A stretch of DNA of 48,259 bases, from the NCBI GenBank assembly GCA_964619725.1, contig CAZUFC010000061.1:1-48259 (forward strand), written 5' to 3'. This DNA is from an uncultured bacterium. GTDB lineage: Bacteria > CSSED10-310 > CAZUFC01. The notes beneath the pieces are model-generated. The model saw only the letters and a program-made list of their open reading frames with translations. It ran no database searches and was not told where the DNA came from. The position numbers were made by a program, and so were the translations under genes. Below, piece by piece: positions 39,189 to 48,259 of this stretch (position 1 is the stretch's first letter; each line of letters opens with the position of its first letter).

Positions 39189-41330
39189 TCAGTCATCAGA
39201 CCATCCGAACGTCCACTGGTCCATTTCGCCGAAGAGCATCGTAATGTTCTGATCGGTCATGGCCGCGTAGAACATCATGCCGTCGGCGGTTCCCGCATTG
39301 GGCGGCCAGTTGAAGGGTTCAATGACCTGCAGTTCCTGCTGTCCCGGAGCGATTTCGACGGAATAGAAATCGACGTCTGAGCCGAAACCGGGGGCGAATA
39401 AATATTCCCCGAAAACATCGAGTATGACGAACAGCGGTTTTGTTCCGTACCCGGCATCATCGGGATTGCAGACGGTTACTTTCAATTCGCAATTTTCTCC
39501 TGTTTGAAAGTCGTCATCCGGCATCCATATCGTAACGCCTAGAACGGAACATACAGGCGTTTCAGTGGGGAGGAGCGTCGGGTTCGGCGTCAATGTGGGA
39601 ACGTTTGTCGGCAGCAGCGTGGGAGTAAAAGAGGGAGTAACGGCTGTTGGAATGTTTGTTGGAGAGGCAGTCGGCATGTCCGTCGGCGTATGAGTCGGGA
39701 AAGAGCTGGGGGTTTCTGTCGGCCAGGGAGTAGGAGTGTCGGGAATGGATGTGGGGGTCGGCGTATCCGGCATGACGCCTGTATTGAGATAAACGCGTAT
39801 GTGCGATCCGGCGAATCCTGCGGCCAGATCGGGAAAACCGTCGCCGTTCATATCGCCCCAGGCTACGGTGTTGCACATGGAACTTACGGCGCTCCAGGGG
39901 ATGACCCAGGATGGATCGGTTTCCAAGGTTCCGTCAATATTTTCATGCACCCAGACCAGATCGTAATTAGAATCACCCGTACTGCCGACGGCCAAGTCCA
40001 GATCGCCGTCATTGTCCATATCGATCCAATCCAGGTCGGAACAACTCGGTTCGCTATCGTCCGAAGCCCAGCAAGCCTCCGTATTCAATACGCCGTCAAT
40101 ATTCTCATAGAGCATGGAGGGCACGTCGCGGCCGCCGACGAACAGGTCCAGGTCGCCGTCTCCATCCACGTCAGCCCAGGAAACCCCTTTTTCACGACGG
40201 TCTCCGGCGCCGCTTACGGTGAAAGAGGGAATGCTTTCCAGGGTGGTACCGGTATCATGATACACTTTTGCATTGCCGTGATCAACTGATACCGCAAAGT
40301 CCAGGTCCTGAGATACTTCCGCTTCAACAGAAACATTATCCGTTCCGGCGGGCGGCGGCGACTGAAAAACGATCCAGGCTTCCCTCAGATGAACGCAGTA
40401 TGCCGTCACCGGCGTTGAATCCACTGTGACCTCCAGTATGCTGTGCAGCGGCGCATAACCCAGCCGGAAGATATTTCTGTATCCGTCGCCCGAAAAAACG
40501 AAAAACTCCTGCGATATTCCGTCTTCATCATAATCGCCCAGAGCCCCGGCCATGTTTTGAGCCTCATCCGCAGACGTCCAGGAAGCCGACGAAGGCGGGA
40601 TTCCCGTCGTGTTCCCGTATAAATGATTCGGCTTATCCGGGTCCGTATATACGCCCTGATTCACAATGGCGGCGTCGAGATAACCCTCGCCCGTCACATC
40701 TCCGAATGACACGGACAATGAAAAGAAATCCTCGACGCTGCTCCAGGAAGGCGTTTGCTCCAGGCCCTCCGCATCCTGAAAATAAATGACGTTGCTGGAG
40801 CCGTTGCTGTTGACGACCGCGGCATCGGGATATCCGTTCAGGTCCAGATCACCCAGCGCTACACCCGTCGACCACACCTCATCCGTGGATTCCCAGCTCG
40901 ATGTCGTCTCCAATTCGCCTCCTTCATTAAACCATACCCGGGTCTGTTCAGGCCGGGCCGGATATCCGCCTTCATAATGAGCCGTCACTAAATCCAGATC
41001 GCCATCATTATCCATGTCCGCCCATCTGACGCTTCCCACGGCATACTCTTCAGCCGACATCCACGAAGGCGATGTCTCCAGGGGCACGCTTGGACTGAAC
41101 AAGCCCGGCGTCAAATTCTCCGGTATTTCATATTCCAACGCCCGGCTCATGTCAGACGCTGCATCCAACCGCATACCCTTTAACGCTGCTCTCTGCCTTA
41201 AAATTACCAATTCCTGCTGCGAAATGTCTTTATATTCCCGAATCACGGCTCCGGCTTCCGCCATACACAAAATTAAAAATAAACTCAAACATGCGCTAAG
41301 ACATGCGCTTTTTCTGTACATTGAAATCAT
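39189..41330 (-). CDS. Secreted FG-GAP/VCBS-repeat protein with Pro/Thr linker and shared C-terminal domain
   Basis: Seven (W/L/F)xDxDxDGxxDL units with LETxPSWxS linkers; SD GGAGG. Confidence 0.88.
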   Translation of the reverse strand: MISMYRKSACLSACLSLFLILCMAEAGAVIREYKDISQQELVILRQRAALKGMRLDAASDMSRALEYEIPENLTPGLFSPSVPLETSPSWMSAEEYAVGSVRWADMDNDGDLDLVTAHYEGGYPARPEQTRVWFNEGGELETTSSWESTDEVWSTGVALGDLDLNGYPDAAVVNSNGSSNVIYFQDAEGLEQTPSWSSVEDFFSLSVSFGDVTGEGYLDAAIVNQGVYTDPDKPNHLYGNTTGIPPSSASWTSADEAQNMAGALGDYDEDGISQEFFVFSGDGYRNIFRLGYAPLHSILEVTVDSTPVTAYCVHLREAWIVFQSPPPAGTDNVSVEAEVSQDLDFAVSVDHGNAKVYHDTGTTLESIPSFTVSGAGDRREKGVSWADVDGDGDLDLFVGGRDVPSMLYENIDGVLNTEACWASDDSEPSCSDLDWIDMDNDGDLDLAVGSTGDSNYDLVWVHENIDGTLETDPSWVIPWSAVSSMCNTVAWGDMNGDGFPDLAAGFAGSHIRVYLNTGVMPDTPTPTSIPDTPTPWPTETPSSFPTHTPTDMPTASPTNIPTAVTPSFTPTLLPTNVPTLTPNPTLLPTETPVCSVLGVTIWMPDDDFQTGENCELKVTVCNPDDAGYGTKPLFVILDVFGEYLFAPGFGSDVDFYSVEIAPGQQELQVIEPFNWPPNAGTADGMMFYAAMTDQNITMLFGEMDQWTFGWSDD

Positions 41331-41420
41331 GAATCAACCTCCTCTGAATATTAATATCAAACAGACGCTCAGGGAAGCAAGAAAAGCTCGGGCCGTTCAA
41401 AATTCAGAATACTGTGTGAG

Positions 41421-41662
41421 GCAATGATCAAAAAAGCGTCTTTTGAGGTTGCTATTCGATAGAATCTGCCTCACTTTGTTTCGATTTCGTCCCCGCATGC
41501 CGATCCTGATGACGATACCTATAGCGATGCCGATCCCGATACCGACCCCGATACCGATAGCGATACTGATCCCGATGCCGATAGCGATGCCGATGCTGAT
41601 CCCGATGACTGAAACAGACTGTCATAAGTTTTGAAAAAAAGTGTAACACCGGTTTGTTCAGT
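41421..41662 (+). repeat. Dispersed repeat family A copy with expanded CCGATN hexamer array
   Basis: Same flanks as 19451-19593; core about 41495-41607 is a run of CCGATA/CCGATG/GCGATG/CTGATC hexamers. Confidence 0.9.
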
Positions 41663-41794
41663 TTTCTGTGTGAGAAACCGGGAGTATTTTGACTTTTCTT
41701 TATTAGTCTCTATATTAATACGCGACTGGATTTCTTATCAACACAAGCCTTTGCATCACAGGGACCGGCTTACTTTTCCACAGGGAGATATAAA

Positions 41795-42654
41795 ATGAAT
41801 TTTTTTCGATTTTTGGTTCTGATTCTCGTATGTGCAGCCGCCATGTGCGCGTTGAATATTTTTCATGCGAGAGCGGATGACGATCCTTCAAAAGTTCTGG
41901 TTTTATACAACGTCAATTATCCGGATGAAAACAACGACGCAGTGGGCGATTCAGAGGAACTGGCGTTGTATTATCAGCAGAAAAGAGGCATTCCGGACAT
42001 CCCCGGCCCGAAGTTTTATACTATTATATTCTGAACGGATACAATTTTGCGGAAAGCGCCTTCGCATCGAATCCGGCGCTCAACTGGCGCGTTATATTCT
42101 ACGGCGATCCGATCTATAATCCCATGAAGACGAAAGAGCCGTTAAAGGACCTGATTCCGCCGCCTTATCCCCAGGTGTGGGATTATCCTCCCGCAGGTTA
42201 CGGCGATGTTCAGCGCATGATAGAAATCCGGATAGACACGTCAGGCAGAGAACCGGACCTGGTGGTCGCCAGGATCGATTACGGCGAAACGACGTCATAC
42301 GGGCAGGTCGTCGATTACGGAACAGTCTACCGCATGCAGTTGTCCGTTCTGCTGGAATCGCTTTCCCCCAATACAGAATACCACTACATGGTTACCCTTA
42401 AAGACCCCGCCGGAAATACGACTGCAACGGACGACATGACCTTTCAAACCCAGATCGACGGCTCCGTTACCCCAACCTCTACGCCAACCATCACCGTAAC
42501 TCCGACTCCCACAAACAGCCCCTCACCGACAAGTTCGCCTTTCCTGACGCCTGCATCCACGCCAACGCCTCCGCCTGTCCCCGCCGCATCAGCCGCAGGG
42601 CTTATCTTAACGTTGGCTTTCCTGTCGTTCTTTTTCTCGTCCGGTAAAAAATAG
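41795..42654 (+). pseudogene. TIGR03790-like exported protein with internal deletion and frameshift; Fn3-like domain and IPTL-CTERM-like tail
   Basis: N-terminus VLVLYN...DSEELALYYQQKRGIP joins out of frame at about 41998 to HPRPEVLYYYILNGYNFAESAFASNPALNWRVIFYGDPIYNP, which is in frame with ORF 42124-42654. Confidence 0.75.
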
Positions 42655-44044
42655 GGGCCAGGTCCTCCGCCAGCTCATGATAATCAAGCGGATGCAACGC
42701 TGCGGATAGTTCGTCGGAACAGGGGAGTATCTCCTTGATCGCTCCTTCGCTGCTTACAAGATATCGGAAACCCGCGTGATTTATTTCGTAGTGACGTTCT
42801 CCGCTTATGACTGAATGCTCGGACAGTTCGCCCAGAGTGAAAGTATGAATATCGATAGGGGGAAAGAGCAGGTAAAATTCGTATCCTGAACCTTCAACTT
42901 CGGGACGCCGGCTACTGAGCAGCTCATGAATGGATATTTCCTCCGACAATTCCCGGTATTGTTCCGCATATCTCCGGCGTTCCCAGTCCGGTATCCTTAC
43001 GTCGTCTTTCCATTCGCCGTAACCTGAAAGAAGAGGTCTGAGCGCTTCATATCTCTCCCGCAAAGGTCCGGCAATGCCCTCGTCCGGTTTGAAATAGGGC
43101 AATACGTGTTTTTGCCCTTCCAGTAACGAAGCGCTGTCGATTGAAGCGAAGAAGGGATAAAAGAAATGATCAATGGAAATCGATGCGCTGTTGGCTACTC
43201 CGACCAAAAGTATCCGCTTCACTTTGACGTCCGTTTCTATGAATGCAGCGGGGAAAAAATGGCCGAAGTGCCACACCTGACCGAGGACCTCGCCGCTGAA
43301 TATGTCCAGAGCCGCTATTACGCACGGCGATTCAGGTGAATGGTTCATAACCGCAAGCGCTTCGCTGGTCCCGTTACCGTTCAGGTCCTTATTATACAAA
43401 CTGCCGTCGAAACTGTCTTCAGGCACGTCATCGATCTCATATGGACAGTATTCGTCAGGCCGCCAGCGCCATCGAGGCGTTATGCCCGATTCATCCACAG
43501 TACTAGTCTCAATGTGCGCTCTGCAATTTCTGGTTCTGTTCAACACAACCAGTAACGCGAACTCATGTCCGTCCAGAAAAAATTCCTCGTAAAAACAGGA
43601 TTTGTATTCTCTGTATCCTATGCGTATGCCTATCACTCGAAACAGGATGGTCTCGAACATCATCCGTTCCGCTCCCTTGCCCGGAAACGAGATGGTTACC
43701 AACGAACGGTCCGGTCGCCTGTCAAGCCTTATATGATAGGAGCCCTTCATGAATTTGTCGCCCCTGTAATCGATGGATATCTCATCAGAAGCTTCCGTGA
43801 CTTCAATGCCGAAAAGTTCTTCCGCTATCGAAGATATACCGCCGCTTGCTTCACCGGCTAACCTTAGCTTCATTTCTTTCTGGTCCAGGATTATGCTTTG
43901 AAAATCAGGGTTGAACCCGGTCGGTCCTTTCACAGCAGGATTAATTGAATCAGAGGAAAGATAATTACCGGTAATAAAACTTACTGAGAACAGCGCCAAT
44001 ATCAGTAATACTTTTTTGCTTGTTGATGAGGCGTTTGATTTCAT
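42602..44044 (-). CDS. Membrane-anchored hypothetical protein, paralog of 44159-45868
   Basis: N-terminal TM; shares WRPDxxCPYE, DLNGxG, PCVxAxLD, ERYExLR, GSGYExYxLFPP, AEDLAP. Confidence 0.8.
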   Translation of the reverse strand: MKSNASSTSKKVLLILALFSVSFITGNYLSSDSINPAVKGPTGFNPDFQSIILDQKEMKLRLAGEASGGISSIAEELFGIEVTEASDEISIDYRGDKFMKGSYHIRLDRRPDRSLVTISFPGKGAERMMFETILFRVIGIRIGYREYKSCFYEEFFLDGHEFALLVVLNRTRNCRAHIETSTVDESGITPRWRWRPDEYCPYEIDDVPEDSFDGSLYNKDLNGNGTSEALAVMNHSPESPCVIAALDIFSGEVLGQVWHFGHFFPAAFIETDVKVKRILLVGVANSASISIDHFFYPFFASIDSASLLEGQKHVLPYFKPDEGIAGPLRERYEALRPLLSGYGEWKDDVRIPDWERRRYAEQYRELSEEISIHELLSSRRPEVEGSGYEFYLLFPPIDIHTFTLGELSEHSVISGERHYEINHAGFRYLVSSEGAIKEILPCSDELSAALHPLDYHELAEDLAPIFYRTRKRTTGKPTLR

Positions 44045-44158
44045 TTTGCCTTTATTCGGCTTTCTTTCCTCAGTTGTCTCCAGGCGCTGTTTAACGATTC
44101 TGATTTACGGATAATCGCCGATAGCCTTTTCACAAAAAAATGAACGACCCTGTTTTCA

Positions 44159-45868
44159 TCAGAAACTTTCATTTTTCGGCGGCCTGTAAGTCAACGGAGC
44201 CAGGTCTTCCGCGACTTTTTCATAAGACAGGGGATAGAGATCGGCTTCGAGAAAGTCTTGATATCTTACGTCCTGGAGGTTGCCGTCAATGTCGAACACA
44301 AAACGCAAACCGTCCATTGAAGCGGTAATTTTGATTGTGCCGTCTTCAAGCGTGACGATAGACTCCAGTTCACGAATGAATTTCCGGGAAGGGTCCAGGG
44401 GAGGGAAAAGAACATACCATTCATATCCTGACCCCCAATCAGACGGTTCGCTTTCAGAAAAAATCTCATGAACCGTCGCCTCAGACGATTTTTCCCGGTA
44501 TTCCTCCGCAATCTCTGCCCTTCTTTCGCCCAGTATTTTCGACTCGTTTTTTCGCAAGATGTTGCCGGCGATTAATTCCCTGAGTGGTTCATACCGCTCT
44601 TCAACAAGGCGGCCAAGCTGCCTGTCCCTTTCAAAAAGCGGCAATCGATTTTTTCCTCCGTTAAAAAGGGAATCTGTTTTAACGCAAGCGAGAAACGGAT
44701 AAGAAACGTGATCTTCCAGGAAAACGGCGCTCGCCGCTTCTCCTGTTAAAAATATCCGTTCAGGATTGCCGGTGCTCCAATCTGGCAGTATCCGTGCAAT
44801 GTTGAAAGAACCATAATTCCAGAGCATACTTTTTACGTCGCTCAATTCGAAGTCCAGTATCGCCATGACGCAGGGAGGTTCCTTAATGTGATGCATTACC
44901 GCGATCAGTTCGGGAATCCCGTCGCCGTTCAGGTCCTCAGCATCAAGATTGCCGGTGAAAGCATCATTGGGCAGCGGTTGAGTTTCATAAGGACAGAACG
45001 CGTCGGGCCGCCAACTTCTTAATGGGACTTTGCCTCCTTCATAGACCTCAAAGGCTTCGATACAAGCGCCGGAGCTGTTTTTCAGCATCCGTAAAAGCGC
45101 CAGAATAGTCCTCGTTTCACCATGAGCATCGAATCTCTCGATGACTATATCCTGGTAATCGTAGGATTCCAGGTCCAGGTTGAAAGTCTGAAGAATAAGC
45201 GAATTCAATACCTCACGGTCAAGTTTCTGCTCGGATGCCAGCTCTATGAAAGCTTTATTGCCGTCATGACTGATCGTTAATTCATACGGTTTCTCAAGCC
45301 GGTTCACCGTCATGTAATCGCTTGCATAAACCGTGTTCTGGTCGAATATACGATTGATAACCGACCCGAATTTTCGGTAAAAATCTCCCTCCTTCTCAAC
45401 TTCAAAACGTACTACCGGACTATGAGGCAAATTCTGGTCCAACGAAAGACGATATACGTTTAAAGGCTTGCCCTCCTCCATATAATGAGGATAATGCCTT
45501 CCCAGCATGTATCCTGCTGCGACAACAAGCAGGATCATCGCAACCCAGGCCGGATTGACCAGACTTTTTACCCTCAATATCCGTTTCATCCTCTCGAAAA
45601 AAGAGACAGAACAGTCGTCTTCTTTTAGCGTCCGAATATCCTCCTCCCAATGGTCCAGCAGTTTCGTCAGCGCCTGGTTTCTTTCCGCACTCTCCTGATC
45701 CGTGAAACTTGCATCGTGACGAAGCTCCCGGAAATCGCCTATGATTTGTAGAACCTTCTCCGCCGTCTCTACCCCGTGCTCACGCATGAGCCATTCCCGT
45801 ATTTTCTCCAGGGATTCTCCTGCGTCGAGCCTGCCACGGACTTCGATAATTATACGAGCTTCTTTCAT
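44159..45868 (-). CDS. Putative anti-sigma factor / membrane sensor
   Basis: About 100-aa cytoplasmic helical N-terminus, one TM, large external domain; ATGA overlap with the ECF sigma gene. Confidence 0.65.
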   Translation of the reverse strand: MKEARIIIEVRGRLDAGESLEKIREWLMREHGVETAEKVLQIIGDFRELRHDASFTDQESAERNQALTKLLDHWEEDIRTLKEDDCSVSFFERMKRILRVKSLVNPAWVAMILLVVAAGYMLGRHYPHYMEEGKPLNVYRLSLDQNLPHSPVVRFEVEKEGDFYRKFGSVINRIFDQNTVYASDYMTVNRLEKPYELTISHDGNKAFIELASEQKLDREVLNSLILQTFNLDLESYDYQDIVIERFDAHGETRTILALLRMLKNSSGACIEAFEVYEGGKVPLRSWRPDAFCPYETQPLPNDAFTGNLDAEDLNGDGIPELIAVMHHIKEPPCVMAILDFELSDVKSMLWNYGSFNIARILPDWSTGNPERIFLTGEAASAVFLEDHVSYPFLACVKTDSLFNGGKNRLPLFERDRQLGRLVEERYEPLRELIAGNILRKNESKILGERRAEIAEEYREKSSEATVHEIFSESEPSDWGSGYEWYVLFPPLDPSRKFIRELESIVTLEDGTIKITASMDGLRFVFDIDGNLQDVRYQDFLEADLYPLSYEKVAEDLAPLTYRPPKNESF

Positions 45869-46452
45869 TGCGACGACTCCTTGTTATTGTCGCCCGACAA
45901 AAGCTGTAAAAGCCTTTCCATTCCCTCCTGCAACCTTCGATCAACCGTACGCTCGGATATGTCGAAACGTTCTGCTAATTCCTTACGCGACGAACCTAAT
46001 ATCATCCTCCCGATCACTACTTCACTCATGATCGGCTCCTTCGCTTCCAGATTTTTCAGAGCTCGCTTCATGTTCTCGACGTCAGCCCGGCAATCCACGG
46101 ATGCGCCTCGATCAGGAACTTCATACTGCTTCTCTTCATTAAGCTGATCTAACGAACTTTCTACGCCTCTCCGTTTTCGCTTCCGGGATTCATCCGCCAG
46201 GTAATTCTTTTTCACAACCGACATATACTTCATCAGCGCTTTCACCGATCGGACGTCGCCTCGATTTATCCCCTTCATCGTTCGAAAACATATCTCCTGC
46301 TGAACATCACTCCTGTCGGCATGATTATATATCGTTCCCGTTATCCGCCAGGAATATTCGATCATGAATTTTGCCGTACGTTCGCGCTTTACCTTATCTT
46401 TAGACGCATTCTGAACGTCATTATCCGTTATTTTTTTTATGAAAAAAGCCAT
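45865..46452 (-). CDS. ECF-type sigma factor
   Basis: Region 2-like DRSDVQQEICFR...KNYLADESRKRKRRG; region 4 SSRKELAERFDISERTVDRRLQ. Start uncertain (46452, or 46713). Confidence 0.8.
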   Translation of the reverse strand: MAFFIKKITDNDVQNASKDKVKRERTAKFMIEYSWRITGTIYNHADRSDVQQEICFRTMKGINRGDVRSVKALMKYMSVVKKNYLADESRKRKRRGVESSLDQLNEEKQYEVPDRGASVDCRADVENMKRALKNLEAKEPIMSEVVIGRMILGSSRKELAERFDISERTVDRRLQEGMERLLQLLSGDNNKESSQ

Positions 46453-47296
46453 ACGATCGTATCGTTCCGATGCTGCTTCGAAAAAGCTCTTCTTTCTGAA
46501 CCAAAAAATATCATTAATATTATTTCTATTTCCGCATCCGGCAGAAAATTGTCTCTCATTCCTCAAAAGGCCGAAAAAGGCAAATATACCGTCCCGTTCC
46601 ACAACCAGGAAAGTCAGTTTCGCTGAAGCCCCGTAAGATGAATCGCAACAGATATCCCCGTAAACGTAAGGCAACCAGCAATTCTCACTCTCACATCGAA
46701 AAAGACATCTCATTTCATCACTTCTCCCGTCTCTTTGTCAACAGAAAGCGGAGCGAATCTCCCCGATTTCCAGAATCAGCCTCTTGAACTGACGCTCGCA
46801 AAGAGAAAATCTTACGCACTGACTGAATCGATAATCCAGAACAGTCACTGTGAATAAACTTCCCTTCTGAGTTGCAAATTATCATCTGACCTGACATGAC
46901 CGCCTTCCCTCCGGTCATTGAGAACATTTTCGTTTTCAAGAGTCTCGGACTGCCGGAACCGAGCTCTCTTGATAATTTTTCAGCCGGAATTCACGACAAA
47001 AGTCTTTTAATTAATGTGAGCGATCCAATCCTTTTTTCAGTTGTAAGCTTCCACGGGCCGGCGAACTTTCTTCAGCTCGCTTCCCTGTACTTATAAACGT
47101 CTGAAATGACGAAACGAGACAGAAATTATGAAAAAAATTGTGGGGCCGCGCCGGAGGCTTCTCCATGAAGGGATTGAAAGATTGAAGGAATGGAAGATCG
47201 TAAAATCTGGAAAAACGGAGAAATGAAAAAATGGAAGACGGGGTGATTGCATGCGTTCATTTACTGCGGGTTGACTGATTTGCCATATGGTTGCGG

Positions 47297-48073
47297 CTAC
47301 GGGACGACGAATTCAGCCACGAGGAAAGTATGATCTGAAGGTTTTTTCAGCAACCTGGGTTGGACGTCGATCCAGGCATCGACGGAACGCTCGGCCAGCG
47401 CTTCGGAAGCGTAAATGTGGTCGATGCGCCATCCCATTTTCCGTTTTACAGCGTTAGGAATCCTGTAATCCCAGAAGGTGTAATGATCCGGTTCCCGGTT
47501 ATGTTTCCGGAAAACGTCGACCAGCCCCCAGTCTACTGCAGAGCGCAAAAGTTCGTGCACGTCGGGATGATAACAGACATGGCCGATCAGGTTTTCAGGA
47601 TCGTAAACGTCCATCGGTTCCGGAGCGATATTCAAATCGCCCAGCCATACCAGAGGTTGATCGGTCGAAAAATGTTTCTGCAGGAAGGAACGTATTCGCC
47701 GGAACCATTCCAGTTTATAAAGGAATTTTTCGGAATCAGGCGAATATCCCTGGGGGACGTAATTATTGATGATCGTAACGCCTACATATTCCAGAACTAT
47801 CATCCGAGGTTCAGCCAGTTCATCGCCGTCATCAAAACCGAAACGAACGTTCTGAGGTTCATGACGGGACAATACCGCTACGCCGTTATAACTCTTCTGA
47901 CCCCGGTACACGGCATGATAACCGATTTCGCCATAATCCCCGGCCGGAAAATCCTTATCCTGAACCTTGGTCTCCTGGATGCATAATACGTCAGGGCCTT
48001 CCTTCTCCAGCCACGGCAGAATTATATGTTTACGGGCCCTGATGGAATTCGCATTAAATGTGGCGATTTTCAT
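47297..48073 (-). CDS. xth: Exodeoxyribonuclease III
   Basis: MKIATFNANSIRAR, LCIQETK, YNGVA, GDLNIAP, YTFWDYR, GWRIDH, PSDH. Confidence 0.96.
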   Translation of the reverse strand: MKIATFNANSIRARKHIILPWLEKEGPDVLCIQETKVQDKDFPAGDYGEIGYHAVYRGQKSYNGVAVLSRHEPQNVRFGFDDGDELAEPRMIVLEYVGVTIINNYVPQGYSPDSEKFLYKLEWFRRIRSFLQKHFSTDQPLVWLGDLNIAPEPMDVYDPENLIGHVCYHPDVHELLRSAVDWGLVDVFRKHNREPDHYTFWDYRIPNAVKRKMGWRIDHIYASEALAERSVDAWIDVQPRLLKKPSDHTFLVAEFVVP

Positions 48074-48259
48074 GACTCTCTTTCTCTCGGCAGTTCGTGA
48101 ATACAATTGAAGTTCGACGTGCGGTACGCTCCGGTTTAAAAACGCGCTGTCTCCTCATGCATTGCCTTCTCGACAGGCTTCAGAACCCGACCTGTTTCTC
48201 TCCTGCGCTGCAATTTTCGCCCGGGCGGCCCGAAAATCCGTCGTTCATTCATAATTTAA

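Noticed and set aside
41443-41649. Short IPMPIA / RYRHRD ORFs
   Set aside because: Products of the hexamer array.
46718-46939. 73-aa ORF upstream of the ECF sigma gene
   Set aside because: TTG start and no recognisable features; possible but unsupported.

Overview
Bacterial chromosomal window with about 40 CDS; no rRNA, tRNA, CRISPR array or intact transposase was seen. From the start: (1) a sigma-54/OrpR-like 'orange protein' Fe-S locus (PAS bEBP, two NifX-like proteins, a fused double COG1149 ATPase, yggS, ferredoxin) facing an MbfA-like iron exporter; (2) assorted enzymes and damaged genes; (3) several secreted modular proteins, four of which end in the same unnamed ~115-aa C-terminal domain and two in IPTL-CTERM-like tails; (4) a tight four-gene minus-strand operon (unknown protein, two BrxD/DUF2791-like ATPases, Lhr/BrxHI-like helicase) with no pglZ or methyltransferase, the best candidate for an undescribed defence or DNA-processing system; (5) housekeeping yicC-remA-gmk-rpoZ-coaBC; (6) a C1A peptidase, DOMON-cytochrome b561, cytochrome c', an ECF sigma factor with two paralogous membrane partners, and xth. 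Intergenic DNA carries several dispersed repeat families, and local G/C skew flips abruptly at several intergenic points. All family calls come from motif recognition by eye, not database searches.
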